Assembly: GCA_043822305.1 (NCBI GenBank)
Contig: JBDRBU010000081.1
Coordinates: 1-32,748 of the forward strand
From: Candidatus Firestoneibacteriota bacterium
GTDB lineage: Bacteria > Oederibacteriota > D2-FULL-39-29 > JBDRBU01
DNA length: 32,748 nt
Direction: 5' to 3'
A program made the position numbers and the translations under genes. Positions 19,719-29,233 of the stretch are shown here, piece by piece (positions within the stretch are counted from its first letter, which is position 1; each line of letters starts with the position of its first letter). Under the pieces are notes generated by a model. The model was not told the origin of the DNA. It saw only the letters and a list, made by a program, of their open reading frames with translations, and did not search any database.

Positions 19719-19942
19719 TTTACTTGTTTTATTTTATAGTATTGAACTATACTATTTGCAAGCAGACCACTACAAATTTTTTCTATTTCTTTTTTTGAAA
19801 TTTTTCCTTTTATAATATAAACCTGACCTGTTTTTACCTCTTTCACACCAGTTATTCCTAAGTCACTTATACCTTTTTTAACACTATCTCCAACAGCATC
19901 AGTAACACCAGTTTTATACCACACCTCAATCTCCCATTTCAT
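19715..19942 (-). CDS. purS: FGAM synthase subunit PurS
   Basis: 75 aa, GVTDAVG...LLANSIVQ.Y; directly upstream of purL. Confidence 0.93.
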   Translation of the reverse strand: MKWEIEVWYKTGVTDAVGDSVKKGISDLGITGVKEVKTGQVYIIKGKISKKEIEKICSGLLANSIVQYYKIKQVK

Positions 19943-19982
19943 TTACACCTCCCATAAAAGGGGACAGACACCCTATTTATTT

Positions 19983-20975
19983 TCATAATGGAAGTTCTAC
20001 AACCTTCTTCTTAGCCGAAGATATATAAGCAGCCAGAGCAACTTCTAATGCTTTTAAGCCATCATACCCCGAGATAAATGGTTCTTTATTGTAAAGTATC
20101 ATATCAATAAAATTTTTTATCAACGAAACATCATAGTTAGACCCCCAATTTTCCATGTAATATTTATTATTTTTATCATCATATACAGAAATATTCTGTG
20201 AAAAAGCATCCACAGAAACAATGCCTTTCTCGCCAATGATTTTCATGGTTAAATCTCCCCAGGTAGGAAATGTCTTTGGTCTTGACCAACTTGGGTCTAG
20301 TGAAGCAAAAACACCATTTTCAAACTCCATCATTAGAGTTCCACAATCGTCTATTTTCATTTTATAAATCAATTTATCAACTTCTGCATAAACTTTCTTC
20401 ACTTCTCTTTTTAAAAACCATCTCATTAAATCAACAACATGGACGGTATGGTCCATTACGGCCCCACCACCTGCTAATTTTTTATTTATAAACCAACCAC
20501 CGGGCATTTTTCCGTGATTTGTACTTCTTATAGCAAGAATTTTACCAATCTCACCACTATTAACTAATCTTTTGGCTCTTACTACTGAAGGTATAAATCT
20601 ACAAGGAAAAGCAATTTGAAGTTTAACATTATTATTTTTACATACCTCAATCATTCTTATAGCATCTTTAATATTAGTCGCAATCGGTTTTTCACATAAA
20701 ATATGTTTTTTGGCATGAGCACACATTTCAGTTAATTCTTTATGTTTTACATTCTCAGAACAAATTATTACTGCTTCTAGATCATCTTGTTCAAGTAACT
20801 TTTTGAAACTGCTAAAATATTTTGTTTTAAATCTTTTAGCGGCATCCTGACCACGTTTACGATCATCATCTGCTACTCCCACAAGAATTGCATTTGGATT
20901 CAACTTAACGCAGTGCGCGTAAGAATAAGCATGCATATGGGCAAAACTTAGTATTCCTATTTTTATTTTATCCAT
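19983..20975 (-). CDS. Gfo/Idh/MocA family oxidoreductase
   Basis: Rossmann-like N-terminus, HILCEKP, GGGAVMDHTVHVVD. Confidence 0.93.
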   Translation of the reverse strand: MDKIKIGILSFAHMHAYSYAHCVKLNPNAILVGVADDDRKRGQDAAKRFKTKYFSSFKKLLEQDDLEAVIICSENVKHKELTEMCAHAKKHILCEKPIATNIKDAIRMIEVCKNNNVKLQIAFPCRFIPSVVRAKRLVNSGEIGKILAIRSTNHGKMPGGWFINKKLAGGGAVMDHTVHVVDLMRWFLKREVKKVYAEVDKLIYKMKIDDCGTLMMEFENGVFASLDPSWSRPKTFPTWGDLTMKIIGEKGIVSVDAFSQNISVYDDKNNKYYMENWGSNYDVSLIKNFIDMILYNKEPFISGYDGLKALEVALAAYISSAKKKVVELPL

Positions 20976-21964
20976 ATCACCTTACCTTTCTGTGCTGATT
21001 CTAACACAGCCAGTGCAACTTCTAATGACTTATATGCATCTTCAAATGTAACTTTTGGTTTAGAATTAAACCTGACATAATTAATAAAATCCTCTATCTC
21101 CAGTAAGTTTGCATTTTCATCAACTAGATTTTCCTTAAATACTTCACCCGAATCTAATTCCAAAGTTAAGGCCGAAGGTGTTTTACTATCATATGATAGT
21201 AAACCTTTATTACCGCAGATTTCGATATAACTTCTAAACCCAGTAGGATTTGACCAGCTTGCTTCTAAATGAGCTATAACACCGTTTTTAAACCTTAAAA
21301 TTGCAAGAGCATAATCCATATTTAAATTAGTCTCTGCATTGTTTAAACTTTTTGCATATACCCTTTTTACATCACCAAAACACCATCTTAAAAAATCTAT
21401 ATCATGAATCATTAAATCTAAAATAACTCCACCACTTTTATCGAAAGAATTAAACCAGCTATTCCCTCTCTTAAACCTTACACTTCTTGTAGCTCTGGCC
21501 ACTACGGGATTTCCTATACTTTTTTGGTCTATTAAATTTTTAATTGAAATATACTGGTTAAAATATCTAACTATATGGCCAACCATAATTTTAGATTTAT
21601 TCTTTCTTATTAACTTAGCAATTTCATCCGCTTCATCCATCGTCCTGCATAACGGCTTTTCTACAAACACAGCCCTGCCTTGCATTATACTTTCAATTAT
21701 ATATAATTTATGAGTATCTGTTGGCGTACATATATTTACAATATCGCTTTGTTTTATTAATTCTTTGTAATCCTCAAATCCTCTGAGACCATAGTCTTTT
21801 ATTTTTTTCAAATCAACATCATATGCACCTATAACATTTATCCCTTTTATCTTCCTGTAACAATCAAAATGTTTTTTACCCATCTTCCCAAAACCAATAA
21901 TTCCAACTTTAGCAACCTTAGCAACCCTAGGGTCAAACCTTGAATGTGGAATGCAAGATAACAT
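20963..21964 (-). CDS. Gfo/Idh/MocA family oxidoreductase; its first ~12 residues come from the adjacent transposase element
   Basis: VGIIGFGKMG, VFVEKP, GGVILDLMIHDID. The nearest in-frame start upstream of the Rossmann motif is ATG 21964 inside the element, with GGAGG 9 nt upstream. Confidence 0.88.
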   Translation of the reverse strand: MLSCIPHSRFDPRVAKVAKVGIIGFGKMGKKHFDCYRKIKGINVIGAYDVDLKKIKDYGLRGFEDYKELIKQSDIVNICTPTDTHKLYIIESIMQGRAVFVEKPLCRTMDEADEIAKLIRKNKSKIMVGHIVRYFNQYISIKNLIDQKSIGNPVVARATRSVRFKRGNSWFNSFDKSGGVILDLMIHDIDFLRWCFGDVKRVYAKSLNNAETNLNMDYALAILRFKNGVIAHLEASWSNPTGFRSYIEICGNKGLLSYDSKTPSALTLELDSGEVFKENLVDENANLLEIEDFINYVRFNSKPKVTFEDAYKSLEVALAVLESAQKGKVIWIK

Positions 21965-22904
21965 TTATTCTATCCTCCAATTCTTTTTGATTTCTCATCT
22001 GTTTAATTATCCGAACAATAACTTTACTTACAGCACTTCTACTTACTCCAAATAACTCTCCTATTTCCCTATTGTCTAATCCCGTATGCCTACCCAAAAT
22101 ATACATACCTACATCTCTGGCTACTTCTGGCTTATCTATTTTACGATTTATTAATCTATCCTTCTCCACCCCAAATTCTTTTCCTACCTCATCTAATACC
22201 CTTTCTATAATTTTATTATCTCCTAACATCCTTTGTTGTGGTAATTCATCACTCATAGACTTTCGATTAATAAATTCCTTTTGTATCCGACTGATAAACT
22301 TTTCACTTCCTAAAACTAATCCATACTTTATATCTTCTAAAACCTTCCTTTCCCGCCCACATACCTCTATTATTAATTTCCTATATTTAATCTGTGCATC
22401 TTGTTTACTTTCACTAAGTTCTTTTAATATCTCTTCAGATAATACCCATCTGTGTACCTTTTCGGGTCCTACATAATCATGATAACTACTCCATCGGTAA
22501 TCATTTAATTCATTAACCATCCCTGCACAAATTGGATTTAGGTGAATATAAAAACTTAAGTTCTGCCAGTAAGATTCCTCACCAACAAGAATACTTTTAT
22601 ATCGCCCTTGAAAAAGATGTCCACTTCTTTTGTGCTTTAAATTATAGTAAACACTATAAGATGTCTGCAACCATTGCATAGATTTAGAAAGATTTGCCTC
22701 AGGTGTTCGTAAAAGCAAATGGTAATGATTTCCCATCAATACAAAGGCAAAAATTTCTAATTTAAACTTCTCTACTGTCCGCTTTATACACTCTAAAAAT
22801 CGAAGGCAATCTTCATCAGAAAGAAAAATCACTCCCTTCTCAATACCTCTGGACATAACATGATAAATTGCACCTTTATATTGAATTCTCCATTGTCTTG
22901 CCAT
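21933..22904 (-). CDS. REP-associated tyrosine transposase-like (IS200/Y1 HUH) protein with C-terminal DnaA-C-like HTH
   Basis: YHVMSRG, NHYHLL (HUH), GHLFQGRYKS, YIHLNP, YRWSSY; C-terminal ARDVGMY...REIGELFGVSRSAVS. Confidence 0.9.
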   Translation of the reverse strand: MARQWRIQYKGAIYHVMSRGIEKGVIFLSDEDCLRFLECIKRTVEKFKLEIFAFVLMGNHYHLLLRTPEANLSKSMQWLQTSYSVYYNLKHKRSGHLFQGRYKSILVGEESYWQNLSFYIHLNPICAGMVNELNDYRWSSYHDYVGPEKVHRWVLSEEILKELSESKQDAQIKYRKLIIEVCGRERKVLEDIKYGLVLGSEKFISRIQKEFINRKSMSDELPQQRMLGDNKIIERVLDEVGKEFGVEKDRLINRKIDKPEVARDVGMYILGRHTGLDNREIGELFGVSRSAVSKVIVRIIKQMRNQKELEDRINVILHSTFKV

Positions 22905-22947
22905 AATATTGTTTATATTACCATATTATACTACACTAATCAATGTG

Positions 22948-22989
22948 CATTCCACAGGCATCATTTCACATTCCGCATTCCACATTCAA
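22948..22989 (+). repeat. Subterminal 7-bp tandem repeat
   Basis: cattcca-caggcat-catttca-cattccg-cattcca-cattcaa. Confidence 0.8.
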
Positions 22990-24746
22990 GGTTTGACCCC
23001 ATAATTTTTTGCGGTGCGTGGGACAAACCGCATTTCGTATAATTTTTTATAAAGAGAATTTCCAGATATTAACTCATCATGTTCACCCATCGCGACTATC
23101 ATTCCATTATCCATAACCACTATTTTGTGAGAATTAATCACTGTTGACAGTCGGTGAGCTATAACTATTGTTGTTCTGTTTTTCATTAAATTATTCAATG
23201 CCTCTTGAACTAATCTTTCAGATTCAGTATCTAAAGCAGAAGTGGCTTCATCCAATATCAAAACAGGAGGATTTTTAAGAACGGCCCTGGCCATAGCCAT
23301 TCTTTGTCTTTCACCACCTGATAATTTAACTCCTTTTTCACCTATAAATGTATCATACCCATTCTGTGTTTTTAATATAAAATCATGAGCATTAGCTGTT
23401 TTGGCCGCTATGATAATTTCATCAAAATTAGCATCTGTCCGGCCATAAGCAATATTGTTTCTAATTGTATCATTAAACAAAATTGTCTCCTGGGCAACTA
23501 AACCGAACTGTTCTCTTAACGAACTTATTTTAATATTTCTTATGTCAATCCCATCTACCTCTAATCTACCCGATGTCAAATCGTAAAATCTCGGGATTAA
23601 ATCAACAAGAGTGGATTTCCCGGATCCAGAAGGACCAACAATAGCCACAATCTCTCCTTTTTTAATTTCAAGATTTATATCTTTTAAAACTAATTTATCT
23701 TTTCTATAGCCAAAATTAACATTAACAAATGATATTTTCTCTTTAAAAGGCAACATATTTTTTGCATTTGGCTCGTCTTTAACCTCGAAAGATGTATCAA
23801 GAATTTCAAAAACCCTTTCAGCTGATGATATCGCCTGCTGTATAGCCATATTCACTCCATTTAAATTTTTTATAGGGTTAAATAGTAAAAATAACGCTCC
23901 AGTGAAACTTGCAAACGAACCAATGGTTAAATGTCCACTGCTGATTTGATAACCACTTACAATTATCAAAATAGAAATCGCTATTATGGCTATAAACTCT
24001 ATAATTGGATGTGACATGGCCGTAACCCTAACGGCTTTCATATATGTATCGAAAAAACTCCGGTTAACTCCTTTAAACTTCTCAAGTTCATAATTTTCCA
24101 TATTAAACGCTTTTACTATCCTAGTATTAGTAATACCCTCATGAGCGACAGAAGTTATATCACCAATTTTATTTTGGGCAGATATACTTATATTTCTTAA
24201 TTTTTTACCAAATCTGTAAATTGGCAAAACAATAATCGCACACACCCCAAATGAAAGCAGGGCTAATTCCCAATTCATTTTTAAAACAACACACGCTAAT
24301 CCTAAAAATGTAAATCCATTACTTAATATACTACAAATACTACCAACTGCATTTTGCATATTAACTACATCCGTCGTAATTCTGGAAAGAATCTGCCCTG
24401 TTTTATGTGAAGTAAAATAGCTAAGCGAGAGATACTGAATATGATTGTAACTTTGATTTCTTATATCCATGGTTATCTTCTGACCAACATTGTTAAGTAA
24501 ATAATCCTGAATATAAAATGCTAATCCTTTAACAAAATATATACCCACAAGACAAAGAGCAATACGCTTTATTACTTCAAATGCAGCTTTACCGTCAGCA
24601 TTTAAAAATCCCTTGTCAAATAAAGGCTTAAGCAAATACATAGAAGAAGCATTGCAAATAGAAACAAGCAACATGCATATGATGGCTATAAGAATTCTAT
24701 GTTTATAAGGTTTAGCATATTTAAGTATTCTTAAAAATATCTTCAT
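22986..24746 (-). CDS. msbA: ABC transporter permease/ATPase, lipid A flippase MsbA-like
   Basis: TM domain plus GPSGSGKS, LSGGERQR, ILDEATSALD, IAHRLST; near lpxB. The symbol rests partly on context. Confidence 0.8.
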   Translation of the reverse strand: MKIFLRILKYAKPYKHRILIAIICMLLVSICNASSMYLLKPLFDKGFLNADGKAAFEVIKRIALCLVGIYFVKGLAFYIQDYLLNNVGQKITMDIRNQSYNHIQYLSLSYFTSHKTGQILSRITTDVVNMQNAVGSICSILSNGFTFLGLACVVLKMNWELALLSFGVCAIIVLPIYRFGKKLRNISISAQNKIGDITSVAHEGITNTRIVKAFNMENYELEKFKGVNRSFFDTYMKAVRVTAMSHPIIEFIAIIAISILIIVSGYQISSGHLTIGSFASFTGALFLLFNPIKNLNGVNMAIQQAISSAERVFEILDTSFEVKDEPNAKNMLPFKEKISFVNVNFGYRKDKLVLKDINLEIKKGEIVAIVGPSGSGKSTLVDLIPRFYDLTSGRLEVDGIDIRNIKISSLREQFGLVAQETILFNDTIRNNIAYGRTDANFDEIIIAAKTANAHDFILKTQNGYDTFIGEKGVKLSGGERQRMAMARAVLKNPPVLILDEATSALDTESERLVQEALNNLMKNRTTIVIAHRLSTVINSHKIVVMDNGMIVAMGEHDELISGNSLYKKLYEMRFVPRTAKNYGVKP

Positions 24747-25468
24747 TTTACTAATGGACCTCCAAGTTTTTTAATAGCTCTTCTAATCTTTAATACACAC
24801 TTATCTATATTACCTATTATTTCTGGTTCTTTCAATCTTAAAATACACCAGCCAGATTTTCTAAGTGCCATGTCCCTTAAAGCATCTTTTAACCTTTGAC
24901 TTTTAATTGAATGCCATTTTGAACTATCACCTTCTATATTAAGTGGACCTCTTTTACAAAATATCACGAAATCCAACCTGTATCTTCTGCAATCTGACAA
25001 ACGAAAAGTATGTTCACGCAAAGATTTTATTTTGTGCTTTCCTAATGTCAAGCCCAGCATATCCTCAATAGGGTTAACATCAAACAATTCTGTGATATTT
25101 CTTGCTCTTTTTAATTTTTCAAAAGTTGTAAATCCAAACGATATTCTCATCCTGCTTTTATTTCTCACTGGACTTTTAAGTTTAAATATTTTTCTAAATT
25201 TTAATTTGTAATATTCATCATTGGCATTTGGATGATCAAACTCTTTTGGCAAAATCTTTATTCTCTTTAATGTTTTGTAACTAATCGGTTCCGCATAATA
25301 TCTTATAGAACTCCCTGATTTACCAAATGTAGCCGGTTGATAAAAAGCAATATAATCTGCTTTCCTTTTTGGCAGGCTAAAAACAGGAATTCTATACCAT
25401 TTTTCTTTAAGCAAAACATTAAGGTCTTTACGATTTTTTAAAACGGCAATTAATACTATTTCAGACAC
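24743..25468 (-). CDS. DUF559 (Vsr-like PD-(D/E)XK) endonuclease with an N-terminal WYRIP domain
   Basis: C-terminal YRLDFVI...IEGDS..WH...D..RD..L...GW.ILR; N-terminal WYRIPV...IAFYQ...IRYYA. Confidence 0.75.
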   Translation of the reverse strand: MSEIVLIAVLKNRKDLNVLLKEKWYRIPVFSLPKRKADYIAFYQPATFGKSGSSIRYYAEPISYKTLKRIKILPKEFDHPNANDEYYKLKFRKIFKLKSPVRNKSRMRISFGFTTFEKLKRARNITELFDVNPIEDMLGLTLGKHKIKSLREHTFRLSDCRRYRLDFVIFCKRGPLNIEGDSSKWHSIKSQRLKDALRDMALRKSGWCILRLKEPEIIGNIDKCVLKIRRAIKKLGGPLVK

Positions 25469-26574
25469 TTTAGCATCCCCTTAGCCATTCTCTGAGATAC
25501 ACCTATCTTACCTAACCCAATGTTAATTCTTTTTAAATCATTAATCATTTTTTCTCTTATTTTTTTATTATACAATAAATCACTTAATTCCTTTAAAATT
25601 TTATGCTCATTTGCGCAATCCTGGAACAGTTCTGGAACAATTTTACTACCGGCTAATATATTAGGCAAAGCGATATATGGTATTTTAAGTAAATTTTTTG
25701 CCAGGAAAAAGCTAAACGGTGATACTTTATAAATAACTACCAGAGGCACTCCTATTATAGCTGCCTCTAAAGTAACTGTGCCTGACGAGGCTAATATGCA
25801 ATCACAAACACTCATAATATCGTACTGCCTTCCTTTTATAACTTTTATATTAAGATTAGAAGAAATAAGATACTTTTTTATCGTACTATCCCCTATTGAA
25901 ACCGCTTGACACAAAACAAATTGAACATCTTTCAAATTTCTTACAGTCTTTAGGATTAAAGGAAGTAAACTATGTATCTCCTGATACCGGCTACCAGGAA
26001 ATAATCCTATAATTTTTTTATTTTTATCTAATTTAAATTCATGACGAAGTTTCTGCTTTGTTTTAGAAGGTTTAACAATATCAACTAAAGGATGGCCAAA
26101 GAATTCCACAGGAATATTAGCTTCTTCATAAATCTTCTTTTCAAAAGAAAAAATAACAAATGCCTTATCTATAAACTTTTTGATTTTTTTAATTCTTCCT
26201 CTTCCCCAAGCCCAAACCTGGGGTAAAACATAATAAATAACTTTTATATTATGCTTCTTTAGTTTTTCTGCAAGAATCAAATTAAAACCAGGATAATCGA
26301 TTAAAATTACTGCTTCTATTTTATTTTTTATTATAAAATCTACTGTTTTATTTAAGACTCTCATTAATTTAAAATAACTTTTTGCGGCTTCAGTAAATCC
26401 TATAATTCCAAAATCAACAAGATTGTAATATAACTTAACACCGGCCTCTTGCATTAAACTCCCGCCATTACCAAAAATTTCTATCTTTGGCTTAAGTATT
26501 TTCAACTCTTTAACCAAATTCGCAGCATATACATCTGCTGAAGAATCTCCTACATTAATAAATATTTTCACCAA
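25456..26574 (-). CDS. lpxB: Lipid-A-disaccharide synthase
   Basis: GDSSAD, IDYPGFN, PQVWAW..GR, GHPLVD, PGSR..E, SGTVTLE, LPNI. Confidence 0.95.
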   Translation of the reverse strand: MVKIFINVGDSSADVYAANLVKELKILKPKIEIFGNGGSLMQEAGVKLYYNLVDFGIIGFTEAAKSYFKLMRVLNKTVDFIIKNKIEAVILIDYPGFNLILAEKLKKHNIKVIYYVLPQVWAWGRGRIKKIKKFIDKAFVIFSFEKKIYEEANIPVEFFGHPLVDIVKPSKTKQKLRHEFKLDKNKKIIGLFPGSRYQEIHSLLPLILKTVRNLKDVQFVLCQAVSIGDSTIKKYLISSNLNIKVIKGRQYDIMSVCDCILASSGTVTLEAAIIGVPLVVIYKVSPFSFFLAKNLLKIPYIALPNILAGSKIVPELFQDCANEHKILKELSDLLYNKKIREKMINDLKRINIGLGKIGVSQRMAKGMLKCLK

Positions 26575-26583
26575 ACACCACCT

Positions 26584-27198
26584 TCAAATCACCATTATTA
26601 TTCCGTTTATTAAAAAATATAATCCTACAAGTAATGTGGCTACCTGTGAAATTTCCTGAATCTTAGTAAATTTTGAGAAATATGAACTAAATATCACTGG
26701 CCATAAAAACAAAGTTGTTGCAAGAAAAAAGCCGAAAGAAAAAATCAAAGCAGAAAAAATACTACCCAGAGAGATTAAAACTGACAGACTAACTAAAAAC
26801 GGTGGGCAAATATTAATTCCTACTAAAAACCCAGATATAAATGGAAATCTTTTAATCAGATTTGACCTTCCTGCGATTTTGCATAAACCTATTTCCGGAA
26901 AATTTTTAGTAAATCCATAAATAAGTAAAATCAAACTTGTAATAATTATTAAAATACCTATAATTCTTTTATCTAATATTTCTTTAGTCTGCTCTCCAAC
27001 AATACCAAAAATTAAACCAAAAATCAAATAAGCCATTAACCTGCCTGTCAGGAATTCAAGAATAACCAAGATACTATTTCTTAATTTTCTTTCTTCAGAA
27101 AGAAAATAAGGAACTAAAAAAGGAACGCATGCAATCAAACAAAATCCACCTGTACTTAATCCTAATCCAAATCCTTCAAAAAAAGGGGTCAGAGTCAT
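26584..27198 (-). CDS. Membrane protein, TauE/SafE or DsbD_2 (cytochrome c biogenesis-like) family
   Basis: About six hydrophobic segments, CLIAC, GRLMAY, G...CPP. Confidence 0.7.
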   Translation of the reverse strand: MTLTPFFEGFGLGLSTGGFCLIACVPFLVPYFLSEERKLRNSILVILEFLTGRLMAYLIFGLIFGIVGEQTKEILDKRIIGILIIITSLILLIYGFTKNFPEIGLCKIAGRSNLIKRFPFISGFLVGINICPPFLVSLSVLISLGSIFSALIFSFGFFLATTLFLWPVIFSSYFSKFTKIQEISQVATLLVGLYFLINGIIMVI

Positions 27199-27207
27199 TT
27201 TTTCCTT

Positions 27208-27942
27208 AAAAGGGGTCAGAGTGATTTTTTTGGTCTTCCTTTCTCTTTAAAAACTACATTTCTACATAATCTCTTTGAGAGTTCACTAATAAACTCTTTA
27301 CTTCCAATAACTGTACCTTTTTGTGTTGCATCTCTAACCATTTTTAATTCTTCATCAGAAATGCTGTTTAAAAACAATTTTTTATAATTTGTTTGTCTCT
27401 CCTTTTCTGTCCCACCTAAACCAATATAAATAGGATCAGGTTCAAGAAGACTATTCATCTTTCCTTCCGCTTTATATCCAAAACTTGACCAGCAATAATC
27501 CACCGGATTGCTCACTATCCCTGCTCTTACTGGATTTAACTCTATATATCTACTGCATGCTAAAAGATATTCATCTTTATCTACCAGGCTACTTTTAAAT
27601 CTTCCCTCCCACAATGTACCTGTTCTTTTATATTTCCAATTGATGTATTGCACATACCTTCTACCTAATGACTGTATCACATTTCCAAGACCACTTTCTG
27701 TTAAAGGTTCAACAAGTAAATGGACATGATTTGTCATTAGACAGTAAGCGTAGATTTTTGAACCCGTCTTTTCTTTTGATTCTTTCAAACACCTTATGAA
27801 AAAACACCTATCTTCATCACTATAAAAAATTACATTCCTATTATTCCCTCTTAAAATAATATGGTGAGGATATCCAGGAACAACTATTCTTGATTGTCTT
27901 GGCATAATTAGTTCTGTTAACAAAATTGACTCTGACCCCTTT
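27208..27942 (-). mobile_element. Second Y1/HUH transposase element with AAAGGGGTCAGAGT inverted repeats
   Basis: Motif at 27208..27222 (+) and 27929..27942 (-), with further copies at 27181..27195 (+) and 29249..29263 (-). Confidence 0.8.
27216..27905 (-). CDS. REP-associated tyrosine transposase-like (Y1 HUH) protein
   Basis: MPRQSR, HHIILRGNNR, YCLMTNHVHLL, GTLWEGRFKS, YIELNPVRAG, YCWSS, C-terminal GRPKK. Start set at ATG 27905. Confidence 0.92.
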   Translation of the reverse strand: MPRQSRIVVPGYPHHIILRGNNRNVIFYSDEDRCFFIRCLKESKEKTGSKIYAYCLMTNHVHLLVEPLTESGLGNVIQSLGRRYVQYINWKYKRTGTLWEGRFKSSLVDKDEYLLACSRYIELNPVRAGIVSNPVDYCWSSFGYKAEGKMNSLLEPDPIYIGLGGTEKERQTNYKKLFLNSISDEELKMVRDATQKGTVIGSKEFISELSKRLCRNVVFKEKGRPKKSL

Positions 27943-29233
27943 ATTTTAAATAACCTAAATACTCTGGTTGGGCTTTAATCATTTTATTAAAGATTTCTTT
28001 CGCATCGTTTATATTCCCAATCATAGGTTCCGCTATTAATGCCTGAAATGCTTTTTTTCTGTCTTTTTCAACAGAGGCTTCCACAGCTAATTTTAATTTT
28101 ATACTCTGGCTTAAAACATTCCAATAAACACTATCCGGAATATTACCAACATATATTCCATTAGGACCATTTGCATTAACTAAAGTTGGGAGTTCTAAAA
28201 CAGAATCATCTGGCATATTTGACACGCACCCGTTATTTAAAACATTTAAATTATAAATCTTAGGAGTATTATTCATTATACTTTCAATAACGGCTGTGCC
28301 TTTTTCACCCGAAGGTTCAAATAAATCTTTTACTGGTTCGCCTTTTATAGCCTTAACAATTCTTTCATATTTAATCTTCCTGTCTTTCATCATCAAAACT
28401 AATGCATCCAATCTTAATTCTAAATTCCATATCTTTTTATAATTAACTTCTTTTCTTAAATAATACGGGAAAAACTCTACGACATGCTTTTCCCCTCCAC
28501 CAGGCATGAACCCAAAAAGTTTATACAAATCAAACCTACACTTCATTTTTTCTGGATATCGGGAGTTTTTTGCGTATTCATCTAAAACAGGTTTTAAACT
28601 TTTACCATTAGACTTAATATCTAATATCCAGACACAATGATTTAAACCGGCATAATTAGTTGTAATGGTCTCAAAAGGAACTTTTGCTAATTCGGCTATA
28701 TCATTTACTGTGGCCATAAAATCATGACACATTCCCATTGCTCTAATTTTTGTATACTTATAAACAGCCTGGCATATAGAAGTCATAGGATTTGTGTAAG
28801 TAAGTAAAATAGCAGTTGGACAGACCTTTTCCATATCTTTGCCTATATCAATTACGGCCGGAACAAATCTTAATGTTCTAAAAACTCCGCCTGGACCGAC
28901 TGTATCTCCAACAGATTGCAAAATTCCAAATGATAAAGGTATTCCTATATCCTGTTTATGGCATGCAAATCCTCCAACATTTATTGATAAAAAAACAAAA
29001 TCAGCTCCATTCAAAGCCTTTTTTCTATTTTTTTCAACTTTAATTTTTAATCCAGACTTTATCTCTTCCTTCAATCTTAAACCATATTTATACATTAAAC
29101 TTGACAGTTCCTGGTTCGGATCATATAAAACCAATTCTGATTCATTTAAATATTTAGAAAGCAAACAATCTTTTATTATCCCCGGTGTAAAAAGTAAACT
29201 ACCAGATCCAACAACAACTATTTTTTTCTTCAT
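27941..29233 (-). CDS. Glycoside hydrolase family 4 (NAD-dependent, alpha-galactosidase/glucosidase-like)
   Basis: KIVVVGSGS, GDTVGPGG, YTNPM, GMCH, GLNHCVW. Start set at 29233 (aggagg SD, TAATG overlap with kbl). Confidence 0.9.
   Translation of the reverse strand: MKKKIVVVGSGSLLFTPGIIKDCLLSKYLNESELVLYDPNQELSSLMYKYGLRLKEEIKSGLKIKVEKNRKKALNGADFVFLSINVGGFACHKQDIGIPLSFGILQSVGDTVGPGGVFRTLRFVPAVIDIGKDMEKVCPTAILLTYTNPMTSICQAVYKYTKIRAMGMCHDFMATVNDIAELAKVPFETITTNYAGLNHCVWILDIKSNGKSLKPVLDEYAKNSRYPEKMKCRFDLYKLFGFMPGGGEKHVVEFFPYYLRKEVNYKKIWNLELRLDALVLMMKDRKIKYERIVKAIKGEPVKDLFEPSGEKGTAVIESIMNNTPKIYNLNVLNNGCVSNMPDDSVLELPTLVNANGPNGIYVGNIPDSVYWNVLSQSIKLKLAVEASVEKDRKKAFQALIAEPMIGNINDAKEIFNKMIKAQPEYLGYLK

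Larger units (their letters stand above)
21930..23000 (-). mobile_element. Y1/HUH transposase element with perfect 25-bp terminal inverted repeats
   Basis: GGGTCAAACCTTGAATGTGGAATGC at 21930..21954 and its exact reverse complement at 22975..22999. Confidence 0.85.

Noticed and set aside
20136..20146. GGGGGTCTAAC (minus) inside the Gfo/Idh/MocA gene
   Set aside because: Mid-CDS with no partner or extended similarity; probably chance.
23010..23032. TGCGGT...ACCGCA mini-hairpin in the msbA 3' end
   Set aside because: Only a 6-bp stem inside coding sequence; cannot be distinguished from chance.
27181..27230. Two direct repeats 27 bp apart as a CRISPR remnant
   Set aside because: Only two 15-bp units, no spacer-sized gap and no cas genes; they match the transposase IRs.
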